Below are positions 1-12,166 of a stretch of 49,767 nucleotides of DNA, in pieces. Position numbers and translations under genes: made by a program. A model generated the notes under the pieces. That model saw nothing but the letters and a program-made list of their open reading frames with translations. It was not told the origin of the DNA and ran no database searches. Source of the DNA: Gonapodya sp. JEL0774 (lineage: Eukaryota); NCBI GenBank assembly GCA_027604505.1, contig JADIIX010000039.1:124001-173767 (forward strand), given 5' to 3'. The first letter of the stretch is position 1, and every line of letters starts with the position of its first letter.

Positions 1-15
1 ACAAATGTTGGTTCC

Positions 16-3000
16 ATGGCACAGAAACAATCATCTGTGGATAAAGGAAAGAAGCACGGGTCTTGGTCGACTGAAGATCTGTCTCACCTTGTAGACGAGA
101 CCGGAGAGACGAAAATCGACTTGTTCGAGGCACTCGCCTCTCAACCAAATCTGGCCGAAGGAGGAGCGAGTACGACTGAAAGCTCAGTGAGTAAGCTGAG
201 GGAAAAGGACTCTTCCGATTCCAATGGCAGCGGAGGGGCTGATTTAGTGAATCATCAGGATGAAGCGGGAGGTCATCGGAAGAACCGCTTCTCCAAGATG
301 GTTCCGAAGCCTCTGAAAACGCTCGCGAAAGCACTTACATCAAGCATGACAATTCGCTCCTCCGCGCCATTGCTTGGCACCACCAAACCTTCAGAGAACC
401 CTTCCGTATCGCCCGCGGAAAATGTCACTCCATCTGCTACTGGGAGTGAACCTGCTCTTAGTAAAGTGGAACATCCTGTATACGCCACAATTGTGCGACC
501 AAGAAAGATTGGAGTATCGCCTGACACGGAGGTGGCACCGCGAGCAACATCGATGGAAACCCCTAGGCACGAGTGGACCTACTCGTTTTCCAAAGCGCAC
601 AGTGTGATTAATTCCCGATCGGCCACAAAGTACGCATCAGCAACAGTGGGCGCAAAAGATCCAATAGTGGCGTTACTGGCGAAGGAGGCGGGGAAGGAGA
701 AGGAGGGTTTCAACAGGCAGACCATGCGCAGTACATATAGGAGTGCGGTGACGGCAATCCTAGCAGAGTCGCTACCACACCCCGATCATGCGCAAGTTGG
801 GAAAGATGATATGGAGGCCGGCGATGGAGCCGTGACGGGATCTCTTAAGGATGCGAAAATAAAGAAGTACGCGACCGTGGGAGTAGGTGCAATGAAGACC
901 AAGAGGCTCAAAGATAACAAAGGAGGCACCGTGAGACTGAGGTGAGCACATGTACTTGGAGTGCTTTCAGCGGTTCTTCTGGACCACTGTGTCATCATTC
1001 TAGGGATGTTTTCAGAGATACACACGCACCTATGCAGACTCCTCCCTCCCCAGATCCCACCGAAAATCTTCCCGTTACACTTCGTGAGTACAACGAGCGG
1101 GGCCAGGTGTCACTCATTCGGAACCTCAAGGCCGATGGAACTTATGCCGTCACTGCTGGCACACTCCGTGGGCTGGTCCAGTATGGGTTGGTGGAAGGTG
1201 CTGGTGGTGACGTGTCGTTCTTGGATACATTTCTATTTGCCATCCGGCATTTTGTTACGGTCGAAGAGTGTTTGATAGCGATGAAGGTGAGTAAAATGGG
1301 GTTTGTGAGTTTTATTACTGAACCTTGAACTGACGTGGCGCGTGCGCGGAAGGACTATTGCTTCCCTCCAAACGCCGAGCAATTACCCATATCAGCATTG
1401 CGAAAACTTCTTAGTATCTTCAAAAAATGGGTGTGTAGCCATAGCTTGTGTTTGTATCAGATGGATCGACCTCCAAACTCAAAGCTCCTGTTCCTGTGAC
1501 AGGTCGGTGATAGTGCCTTGGATTTTTCCGAGCCAAGGGCGTTGGCAATGTATCACCAGATTTTGGAGTTACTGAAACAACACGAAGAGCTTGCTGGTAC
1601 CTGTGATCAGGTCGAAACGATGAGACTGGTGAGATTCCTACAGTGGAACACAATGGAACGCACCACTCAGAGGGTTCACAGACGGGATCTTTCTCAAAAC
1701 AATCGTCCCTTAGTACGAAATCTCTCAGTGCTTGTCAGAAGAGCCTGCCACTCCTGTGACTGCCACGCGCATCCATCCATACGCGGTTGACCCGCTGGGC
1801 ATGTCCGCCCGGATACTGGCAGAACAATTGACGCTCGGTGAGCAATTAAACCAAGCCAATGTCACTTACACCCATTGCATTCCTCGAGTTCATTCGTTCG
1901 AGTTCATTCGCCCCCATCTTCGCTTCCGTGCAAGTCGACATTCACCTCTTCCGCGCCATCAAGACTTGCGAGTTCACGGTCTATCTCTGGGGTCACCCCG
2001 ACGAGCGATCCACCCGATCCCGGCACCTCGGCGAGTTCATCGATCGCTTCAATCAGGTCGGGTTCTGGGCCGCGACCACGGTGCTCACGCAGCACCAGGC
2101 GAAAGACCGGGCGAGGGTGGTGGAGAAACTGGTGAGGGTGGCCAAGGTGAGAGAACAGATTGGTTGGGTCCACGGNNNNNNNNNNCCCCCCCCCCCCCCC
2201 CCCCCCCCCACAAGCACGGAAAAACACACGGTTGTGGCTTTTTGCTTTGTTCTCATGATCTCCTTTCGTGGCTTTATCAAGCATTGTGTTCGATTACATG
2301 TGAGTGTGTCAAAGGGCACGGTGAGCCGTTCGTCACTCCGCCTCACCGTTCCGGTCTATCTGCGCACACCCAACACATACAGAACTTCAACAGCGCTATG
2401 GCCATACTCTCTGGCTTGACCATGTCACCCGTTAACCGGCTCAAGAAGACTTGGCTCGTAGGTCTCCCAATTCGGACGACCCCGATACCTCCGCATTTCA
2501 CATGAAGCTCGAAAAAAAAAACCGTTCCTTGTACCTTTACCGCTCCCACTTTGACCCGCAGTGTGTTCCCACTAAAGCTATGGCGGAGTTTTCCGAGCTC
2601 GAGGAGGTGTTTCGGTACTCGTCAAACTTCAAAGCGTACCGCCAACTGGAACACGCCACGGCGCCACCCATGCTGCCATTCTTCGGTAAGTGGCTTTTTG
2701 GAGGAGGTGCACCTTGGTCTTTCTATGCGGAGCACGATGTTTTGGCTCAAGATATATTCATGCACATGTGTCATCTGGACCCCTGCACCTCCCCTCCCTC
2801 TATCTATCCCAGGCCTGTTCATCAAAGACCTCGTGTTCATGAACGACGGCAACCAGCGCTCTATCCCTAATCTGAGTGGCACCGGCACATCGTCGTCCAC
2901 CACGGTGACCAACTCGTCTGTGCCGGCGTCGGGCTCGGAGACGGGGCAGGTCTCGTCCGCATCGATCCCCTCACCGAGCCCCGACACCCCACCGAAACCT

Positions 3001-3837
3001 GAATCCCTGTACAACTTTGAAAAAGCTACCTTGGTCCACAGCAAAGTCGCCGCCGTGCACGCTCTGCAAAAGCACACGTACCCCTTCACTCCCGACAGCT
3101 CACCTGTTCCGGCCCACGGTGTCCCGTCGGCCCCGTCGGCCCCGTCGGCAGGACCCAGCGTGACCCAGCTGCTTGCGCTCCCGCTTGCAAGTCGCGCGGC
3201 AACGCGGAGGGGATCGTCGGTACCGGCCGCCGGCACGACTGTGGCGGGGGTGTCCATGTCCCTCCCCCGGCCGTCCGTGTCAGGCCGGCGACAGTCCTTG
3301 GCACCGTCGACGTTCGAGCCATCCCCCACGACGTCGGTGGCTGGCGATGCAAAGGGGGTGGCGGCGGCGGGTGGTGGCGCTGGCAGTGGGGTGTTTGATG
3401 GGGCGAGTCCCTCTCCGCCGGCCGGTGGCGGCGACACGTCTCCCATCGCCATGGCGGCTTCGCGCTCGCCGTCGGTGACACCGGTGGATGTAGGACACGC
3501 CACGACTCCTCCCGCGCCTGTGCTGACGGTGTACGAGTACTGCAAATTTCTCCCCACGCTTGAAGAGAAAACTCTCGACATGTTGTCCAGGCAGCTGGAA
3601 GCTCCCGCGCCGGGTGTGGGGAGGACCACCACCACCGCCACCGCGCCTTTATTGGCGACGGCAGGGAATTGTCCGGTTGTGGTGGCCGTGACACCGCCAG
3701 TGGTGAGCATCGAGCAGTCAGGATCGCCAATACAGCTGCAGGGGCAGCCGACAGTCACGCCGGAGTTGGTGGGAGAAGCTGGTTTTGGTGGATCGGTGGA
3801 TCAGATGAGCAGTGGGAACACGTTGATGCCTGCTTGA
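16..3837 (+). CDS. Ras-family guanine nucleotide exchange factor (RasGEF_N/REM + CDC25 domain), multi-exon; true start may lie upstream of the window
   Basis: Spliced segments give the REM region (YAVTAGTLRGLVQYGL..FLDTFLFAIRHF) and CDC25 motifs (ILAEQLTL; FIDRFNQVGFWAATTVL..RARVVEKLVRVA; NFNSAMAILSGLTMSPVNRLKKTW; SSNFKAYR..PPMLPFF/GLFIKDLVFMNDGN; YNFEK; LDMLSRQLE). Donors such as gtgagc at 942 and gtgagt near 1288 are visible. One intron contains the N gap. Confidence 0.9.
2176..2209. other. Assembly gap (10 N) followed by a poly-C run, inside a RasGEF intron
   Basis: Seen directly: nnnnnnnnnn followed by about 24 C. Confidence 0.95.
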
Positions 3838-4998
3838 GACCGCAAATTGAGGGTTGTGGGCCCTTACCCTTCGTTGGTTCCTGCTTATTATTGTCTTTAT
3901 TATTCTTATTATTCTTATTTTTTTGTGGTTCGTTGCGATTATTTATTCCCTCGTAATTGTCTTGACCAGTTTAGATCCTGCATATGGTGGGAGTGAATTG
4001 TGTAGATTGCCAACAGCATGGTGTGACAAATAATGGAATTTGAATGGAATCATTGCTCTTTTGCCGATGCATGCGCAAACAGGAAACACGTTTCATTCCT
4101 TCTTGACGTTTTGGATTCCGTGCAGCGGCCTGTCAAGCGCCGACTTTCTTGCAACACCTTCCCATGCAGCACAAGTAGGCGCAAAAGAGAGAGAGTCAAT
4201 CTAGATCTGGTTCGCAGGAGCGAGATTCGTGGTTGTTGAATTTGAGGACGGTTTGGGGTATGTAGCCGGACGTGTGCGGTGTGGCGCGAGTCTCGAATCA
4301 AAAAGGACGGATCCGGTGAGTGAGAGAGCGATTAATGGGTGGAGGATAATGGATTGAGCTGGAGGGGATTGGTGGGAGAGAAGATGGCAGTTTGTGTGGG
4401 TTATGGAACGAGGGGGGGGGTGGCCTGATGACCAAGCAACTGGTTGAAATGAGCGGGGAGGTGGCGGTGGAGAACGGGGCAAGCAAACGACGTAGAATGG
4501 GGGCGATTTGGGACTGAATAAATCTGGGGCTGCAATCAGCCCAAAGTGGAGTCCAATATAAAATACATTTGAAGTGGGCAAATAAATTTGGGGATATTTG
4601 TGAATTGGAATTTTGCGAGAGTTTGTGCATCAGGGTCGGGTGGCTGACAGGGGGCTGTGCACTCTCACTTGGTCGGTTCGTTCGCCATCCTCATCGGGGG
4701 AACCTCTGCTTGAGGGTCAACCCAGGCAAAATTTCCATGTCGAGGGCCCAGCTGTGCCAAAATTCCTGCACAAAAAAACAACTAATTGAAACCACAAAAT
4801 CCACCGTGATTCAAACTCAGAAGACCTCTTATACCAGCTAAACTGCTTGAATCGCATTGTGGTGTTCCATTTGCCCAGGTTCCAGCTTGGTTCTGGTACG
4901 TTCCTCGCCTGCTCATGGTCGACGGCATGTCAGTCGGATTATGCTTCCAACCCCCTTTCTTGATTCCCCCTCCCACCTCAGTCTGCTCACAACGGGAA

Positions 4999-7670
4999 AT
5001 GGACGAAAACGTACCATCGTGCGTCCCTCGGTTGGACCCGCTGTCGATTCTGGCGGCGGAAAGACTCCAGCGAGCGGACTCGGGCACTGCTGGAATGAGA
5101 GCGACGGATGGACCTGCCCAGAAAGAGGGACTTCGGGCTGGGCGTGGCGGAAATAGCGGCGTGAGCGTGAAGACCGAGTTGGTAGCAGCGCCTCCAGCAG
5201 CAGACGAAGTCATGGGGTCAGCGGGCCCAACTCAGTTCAACATTAGTGACTTTCTCAACTCCCCGCTTTCGGGTGGACTTTTCGGGGTTGCCACCCCCGT
5301 GGAATCGTCGAGCCCCGGATTTGACGTCACTGCAGCCCGGATGGACGGCCTCTCATTGAGTGGTACCTCAACTTCTGCTGCAGTGGTGTCGTCAAGCCGA
5401 CAGCAGCCAGACGCTTGTCCACCACCCAATTCCCAGCCTCTTACATCCAACCCTACTTTCGCCCTTTCATCCTACCCGGGAAACGCACTTCCCGCCGTCC
5501 AAAGCCTGTTCAGCACTCCCTCTCCTTCCCACTCGGAGAGTGGGACTCCCGACTCTCACGGCTCGAACAACACCGACGTCCCCACCGTCACCATCCCGTT
5601 CATCGCGCCGCCTCCATCGATGATGACTCGGTCTACGTCCGCAACACTCTCTGCGCCAATTCTCACCATTGAGCAGTACACGTCGTCGGGATTCTCTCGC
5701 ACATCCGAGGTCCCCACCACAATCACCGCTATCCCCGCCGACCTCTCCTCCGCAGATTCAGGGCACCTGGACCATTTCAGCCGGTTCAACCAGCTCAACC
5801 AGCTGAACCACTTTAATCAACTCAACAACCAACTCAGCCAGTTCAACCACCTCAACCACCAGTTCAACCAGCAACAACCCCAATACATATTTTACCAAAA
5901 CCCATCTACCATCGCATCCTCAACCTCTTCTGGAAACGTCTCAGCAGGGTACTCCCCTCTCCAGGACAATCTCGAAACCATCTCCAACCACTCGGGCTCG
6001 GACTACTCGGAAGCAGAGTCCTTCCTCTCGGGTGTATCCGAGGGCTGGATCCCCGCGCTCGGCCCCGTGTCTCTCACGTTCGACTCGGTCGCCGGTCTCG
6101 CCTCCCAGTTCTCCTCGTACCCCTCCTCCTTGTACCTCTCCCAACCTGGCACCTCCTCCTCCCCCGTCGCAACACATCTCTCCGTGCCCCAGAAGGCCCA
6201 ACACAACCGACGGCTCTCGGACCAGCTCAACTTCCACACTCCGGGCTTCGTGGGCACCGCGAACGGCAACGGATTCGACTATTCGGGATTGACCACGTTC
6301 TCCAACGGTGGATTCCACCACGCCAATCCTCAGTTGTTGCACTCTTCGGCCGGTGTTTTATCCTCCTCGGTCGACCCGTCCTCGTTCACCCCGGGGACGT
6401 TCCTGCCTCCACAACTTGTCGGCACCCCGGACAACCCCGTGACCATTCGCGTGCCTAGCTCATACATCCGCACCATCCCCAGCCCTGAAGTAACCCCATC
6501 CCCGTCATCATCATCCCTCACCGCATCGCCTGTATCGTCCCTTAATTTGCCCCCGGCGGCCGTGTCGAAAACCAACCTGGTCGCCGCTCTCGCTGCTGCG
6601 CAGTCATCGAGCGCTCAGGGCGCAGCAGCAGCACACGAGTACCTTGCGTCGGCACTCCTCCAGGGAGGCAGCCCTTCTTCCCCTCCCATGGACTCGAAGC
6701 GCACTCCCTACCCCATTTCCTCCACCATCCGAACTCGCTCTGCGCCCTCGGTGAACCGCCAAGACTCTTCCTCTTCACTCTCATCCTCTTCCCAACCGCC
6801 GAGCCAACCGCAGAGTCCGCAGTCGAGTCAAAACGTGTCCTCCCTCCGTCCCCCCGCGCCCGTCACGTTCCGCCCCATTCTCATCAAACGGAATCCCAAC
6901 GCGGTGCCGGAAGATTTGGACGAGGAACATCGGACGGGCCCACATGCCAGGAAAGCTGGCGGTGGGACGCTGTACGGGTGTCCGTTTGAAGGGTGTGGCA
7001 AGACCTTCACCAGGCCGTACAACTTGAAGAGTCATTATAGAAGGTGAGTACTGTGCGCAAATAGGTGGCCTGAGGAGTGTGTCACGGGGTATATGAACGG
7101 GGAGTGCGTTCAACTGGATCTGTGATTGGTGTTGGATGACGTTGCCGGACGGGGACCGTTTGATTGGAAGACACTCATCAATTTCTCCCCTTCCCAGCCA
7201 TACCGGAGAACGCCCATTCTGCTGCGAGTTTTGCACGGCCACTTTTTCTCGCAAGCACGACTTGCGACGGTACGTTGGCACCGCAAGCGTTCCCTCTCTG
7301 TGTGGCCCCCTGTTCTGACTTACCGGTCACTCATGCTGCATTCTTGTCACTCATCAGGCACGAAAAGCTCCACTCTGGTCTTAAACCACACCACTGTCCT
7401 GCCTGTGGGAAGGACTTTGCACGATCTGACGCCCTGGGTCGTCATCTCAAGTCGGAACAGGGCAAGGAATCCCCATGCGCAACGAGGGTGAGGCTCTTGA
7501 AGCAGAGAGAAGCGATAATGGCTGGTCGGGATGTGGACGTTCAGCCGTGGGAGCAACAGTGGGAAGTAAATGGAGAGGAGATGGGAATGGGGATGGAGGG
7601 GATGGAACAGCATCGTGGAGAGTACGGCGGAGACGGGGAAGTGGATGATGAGGACGCTATTCTCGCTTGA
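4999..7670 (+). CDS. CRZ1: Crz1-like C2H2 zinc-finger transcription factor (3 fingers, 3 coding exons)
   Basis: Spliced finger region [79 protein letters not shown] matches the fungal Crz1 pattern ([10 protein letters not shown]...ARSDALGRH). It has a long Ser-rich N-terminus with PxIxIT-like motifs. The start could be ATG 4915 or 4999. Orthology versus a Crz1-like paralog is not proven. Confidence 0.8.
5776..5883 (+). repeat. Imperfect 9-nt coding repeat (aaccagctc-like) encoding an N/Q/H/F/L tract in the Crz1-like protein
   Basis: Translation FSRFNQLNQLNHFNQLNNQLSQFNHLNHQFNQQQPQ. Confidence 0.8.
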
Positions 7671-8377
7671 ACGTGGGGTGCTACTAATTCTGTCGCGCTT
7701 CACTTGCACTTTGTTGCTTCTGTGATGATTGAACGTGCATGCCGGCATGTACTTTGGACTCGTGTTGATGAGCAATATACAAGTGGGTACCATAGCATTA
7801 CATTTAGTCTACTATATACATAGGAATGTGTGAAGCATCTATAATAATTGGGGGGTTTGCAGTATAGAAAGTCTCTTCTCCAATCCCTCGGCTGCGAGAT
7901 GACATATGCGGACTTTCAAAGAGAAGGGACGCGTGTATTTGAGAAGGAAGAAAAGGAACATAGGCTTACTGTGGGTCGTGCAATATCATGTCCTTTCTCA
8001 CTATTATGGTCGGTTCATCCCTTTAAAAAAGCTGCGGCCGTTGTTCACGTTTACACGCCATACAGTGAGGGGTTCCGGTCCTACCTTTAGGTACCGTACC
8101 TTGTAATGGAGAGCCCACAAGCTCTTGAGTCGATGATCGGTGTCGGTTTGTCGCGTGGCGGGGTCCTGAAAGCACATGTATGCCCTACTTGCACTGCACC
8201 TTGTGACTGTAAAAACAAGTCCCATGCTCGCAAAGACAGTGTCCAATATGGCTCTCCCGTTTGCTAGCGCCCATCCTGACAACAAACGTCTCCTCCTCCA
8301 TCCTCTGTCGATTCCGCGCTGTGTGATTCTCCTTGTAAACTTCACGTGCCCTCCCCCAACTGTAGAAAAACGCACTC

Positions 8378-10061
8378 TCATTCCTCCATATCCTCTTCTT
8401 TGTATTCATACTTTGGATTTTGTGCCCGTCGCTCCTCCTGGGGAGAACATGAACAAGTGAACGGCGCCTGTCAGTCCAAGTCTGGCCGTACAAAGTGCAA
8501 GGTCACTCACGATCGACACATCTGAATCGTAAATCAATACAACATTTCCCTTGTCCTGTCCTGTACCACCCACTTTCCCTGGATACTTTAGCGAGGGAGG
8601 CGGTCCAATCGCAGAACCGTGAGATTCGGAACCCGCTGGAGGCATTCCCGGGAACGATGGCGGGGGAGCAATACCCATGGGCGGGAATCTGGGTGGTCCG
8701 CCCATACCCGGCGGAGGTGGCATGCCCGGTGGCGGTGCCATGCCCGGAGGGCCCATGCCAGGCGGAGGCATTCCAGGAGAAGGATTTACGCCAGGGGGAG
8801 GTGCCATTCCAGGCGGAGGTGCCATTCCCGGCGGAGGTGCCATACCGGGTGGTGGTGCCATGCCGGGTGGAGGAGCCATGCCAGGTGGAGGACCCATGCC
8901 AGGTGGGGGTCCCGGGAACTGCGGTGGCCCGCCTTGGAACTGCGGGGTTCCAGGGGGTAGGGAACCGGGTGGCGGGGCGGCTGAGAACGGCTGCATACCA
9001 GGTGGAGGCGCACCAGGAGGGGCGAATCCCGGAGGAGGGCCACCTGGTGTGCCTTGCACAGGTGGTGGGCCTCCAGGCGGGAACTGGGGGAATGGGAAGG
9101 GAGGCATGCCCGTTGGAGGAGGCTGTCCAGGTTGGAACGGGGGGAATGGAAGAGGCATTCTAAACAAAAGGTCCCATTGATGTAAGATATGGGTGAACAC
9201 AAAAATTGCGGGGCACACCAGCATCAGGGCCCCCATTGTGAATTGCGGATGGGGACAAGTACTCACCCAGGTCTGGGCGGTGGCATCCCAAACGGAATCG
9301 GAGGAAAGCCAGGCCTTGGTGGCACTCCTATGGGCGGGAAGCCCAAGGGAGGTCCAAGACCTGGTCCCAGGCCGAATGCCATGGGGGGTGCCATTCCTGG
9401 AAAGCCCCCACCACCATCTGGCCTCTTTTCTCCTCCCGCGGCGCCTTCGGCCTCCTCGATGTGTTTCGCCAAGTCGTCCTCGGGGACGCCTTCCATGCCG
9501 AAGATTTCTATCTCGGGAGAGTCTCGTCCCGCCAGCGTATTCTCGATCTTCGTCAGAGTGGCCTTATGAACCTGAGTCATATGGACGCCAAGACCGCCCG
9601 CGGTGTTGAGGCGTTTATTGCACTGATTGCATTTAAAGTGCTTGGCCTTTTGGTGTTGGATAAGAACTTTTTCATCCTCGAATTCACGGTCGCAGTACCT
9701 GTCCCAGAGGGAACAATCACGAAGACGCCATTTAGCAATTACAGTAAGCAAAACTGTATGTCGTATTGTTTGACAGAGGCAAATTGATTGGTGGCAGGGG
9801 GGAAAGGGAGGGAAAGAAGGTCCTCTGGGTCCGGGTGTCGAGCTCCGCTTCTTTAAAGGGTGGAGCATCCAACGCCTTGTCATGTGTTTCTTGAGGAGAC
9901 TGCAGCAAGGAACGTCCCCGTTCTACTCCTGTCCCTCCAACGTGAAATGCGATGGAATCGAGCTCGACAGATTCCGTAGGAGGAGCGAAACGATAGTTAT
10001 CATTCGAAACTCACCAGCACCAAGGTTTAACTTCTTTCTTTGCCTTCTTCTTTTTGCCCAT
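8378..10061 (-). CDS. ZNF207: ZNF207/BuGZ (SUF4-like) zinc-finger protein, 4 exons
   Basis: [70 protein letters not shown], a Pro/Gly/Met-rich middle, and the C-terminal [19 protein letters not shown] motif typical of the family. All junctions are GT-AG. Confidence 0.93.
8700..8915 (-). repeat. 18-nt tandem coding repeat ([12 protein letters not shown]) in ZNF207/BuGZ
   Basis: Translation [43 protein letters not shown]; the plus strand shows recurrent ggcggaggtgccat units. Confidence 0.9.
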
Positions 10062-10391
10062 CGGGTTGGTGTGAGGTTCACAGACGGTGTGGGGACGCCA
10101 AACTGCGCAGCAGAAGACAGGTGGGCGTTCGAATAACGCTCGCACCAGGTGTTTCCTTGCACACCCACCCTCAAAAAAATTATTGTGCTGCGAAGTCCGA
10201 CGTCTGTGTAGCGCATGACACATCAAATGCCGCTGGCGGATTACGTGGTCTTCAGTCTATAGGAAATCTCGCCGACGTGACATATTAAAGGACCCGAGGC
10301 ATCCGTAGAAACTTCCATCTTCATGGTGAAGCATCACAGTGCAGACGCTCACTACATTTATCTATGGCAAATTACTTGAAAGCGTACCAGT

Positions 10392-12166
10392 TTACTCTTC
10401 TTTTACTGCAGCAACGGGTGCCCCGTCCGAAAGCTCGGCACCGCCCTTGTCTACTCCTTCTACGTCCAATTCCTTTTCGACAGATGTTGAAACGCCCTGA
10501 ACCTTTCGGTTGGTCAACCAATGGTGAGTCAGAGCGTATTTGTAACGCCATTGGAAGTAGTCATCCGCAGTCCCCATAATCATGTCCATGAAAGGGATAC
10601 CTGCATGGATTCCGTCTGGGAAGAGAATGTCACTGTAAATCAACAATGCTATTTGCATTTCTCCCCGAAGTGATGGTACCCACAGTTTCCTTCAAACATA
10701 CGGTGGTGATCTATACAAGAGCACAGGGTTTCAATCAGATTAACCTCTTGAGCAGCCCGCCCGATACTCACAGTTGTGGAACAAGGCATTGGTTGTAAAA
10801 GGTAGCCCGTACCCGCTGTGGCTGGTCACCGTTTCGAAATACCTGTACATGGAGAAAAACCACATCGTGCTTGGATGCAAGGGATATGCGAGCATTCCGA
10901 GAGAGGCCAGATTGTTCTGCAACGAGAACAAACGTGAGATGCCAGTTTCTGAATAAGATCTGACAAAATGGATCACTTGCTTGGAAAATCTGCTCGAACG
11001 GGGTCGAATAAAAGTTGGCGACTGAGAAGGGGTTGTTATGAACATGATGGCGCTGTGGGAAAACCGCAAATTGAGCTTAGATAATACAAAAGATCGAGTG
11101 CATTCTTTCGTGAATTAAATCTAACCTTGTGAGTCCACTTGTACAGAACCGGAAGGTGCATGATGCGATGCGAAGTGTAGAGCCAGAACTTTCAAGCGCA
11201 GAAATTTAGGAGAACAGTGGGGGCATGTCAATCATTGCGCAATTGCGTAGTTTGATACCGGCAAGGAGGAGTTCCTCTCTGTTTGCGAGCGAAAGAGAGT
11301 CACCACAATCTCACCTCGAACCATATCTCTGCAATGAGAAATTCCTTGACGGATTGCCATGCCGACGGAATGATCTTGCAATAATGCCTCTTCTCAATAT
11401 GGGTGAGAAAACTAGACTATCCCCCATCATACCTTCATCGTTTCCATTCCTCCTCTGGCCACCCAGATAGGATACATCAAATGCTTGTTCACTGGTCCCA
11501 TAATCTATCGGTGAATTCCAGCACTCAAAGCAAGTTAATGAGAGAAGCACAGAACGTCACACGCACCAACAAAGACGATAAAAAGTTCATTGCAGCCACT
11601 TTAAGAAAATAAGCCACAGTTGGGGGCGGTTTGGACTGGATGCGATACTCGTACAGGAATTTTGGCCAGTGTAGAAGGTCGAGAATCGCGTATGCGGTTG
11701 CACAACCTGCGATTGATGAGCGCGGAAACAAAAACCAGACAGCGAACGAGCAAATGCTTACCCCAGAACCATTTAAGAGAAACATTTCCGCCGATGACGC
11801 CCACCATCTGTTCTGCGAGCTGTGTGACAGAAAAGTGAGTAGAAATTACAATGGCATATCCAACCATTGAAACTCACTTCGTATTTGTCTGGGAAATTCT
11901 TGAACAACTCCGCATAGAACTTCTTTGCCCCAGTAGATTTGTTCCAAAGAACTAATGCGAGGCAGAACTGTCCCGCGAGAGAGAAGGGCAGTATAAATAC
12001 CAGACGCAAGACGCAGGTTCGAACAAGCGGAGGTGCGTTTAACACATACTAGAACTGGTGGAACAGCGTCAGTTATATCCACAAAGTAAATCCACCATGG
12101 GAGACGCGGTTTCTGCTTGGATTTGGTGGAGTTGTCATCATTGGGCGTGGAAAGTACAGGAGCCAT
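10392..12166 (-). CDS. Fatty acid hydroxylase/sterol desaturase superfamily di-iron enzyme, ERG25 (C-4 methylsterol oxidase)-like, multi-exon
   Basis: Manual splicing gives three His boxes: YTSHRIMH, WTHK|RHH and FHN|YHH. Also present are FETVTSHSGYGLPF (cf. HSGYxFPW), GN|YGIHAGIPFMDMIMGT and N-terminal KFLYEYRIQSKPPPT. Start taken at MAPVLSTP. Confidence 0.85.

Noticed and set aside
2622..3758. 378-aa minus-strand ORF overlapping the RasGEF last exon
   Set aside because: GC-rich antisense frame of a low-complexity coding exon with no motif of its own.
8495..9180. Gly-rich plus-strand ORFs (222 aa, 167 aa, 113 aa) with [12 protein letters not shown] repeats
   Set aside because: They are antisense shadows of the Pro-rich BuGZ exon on the minus strand.
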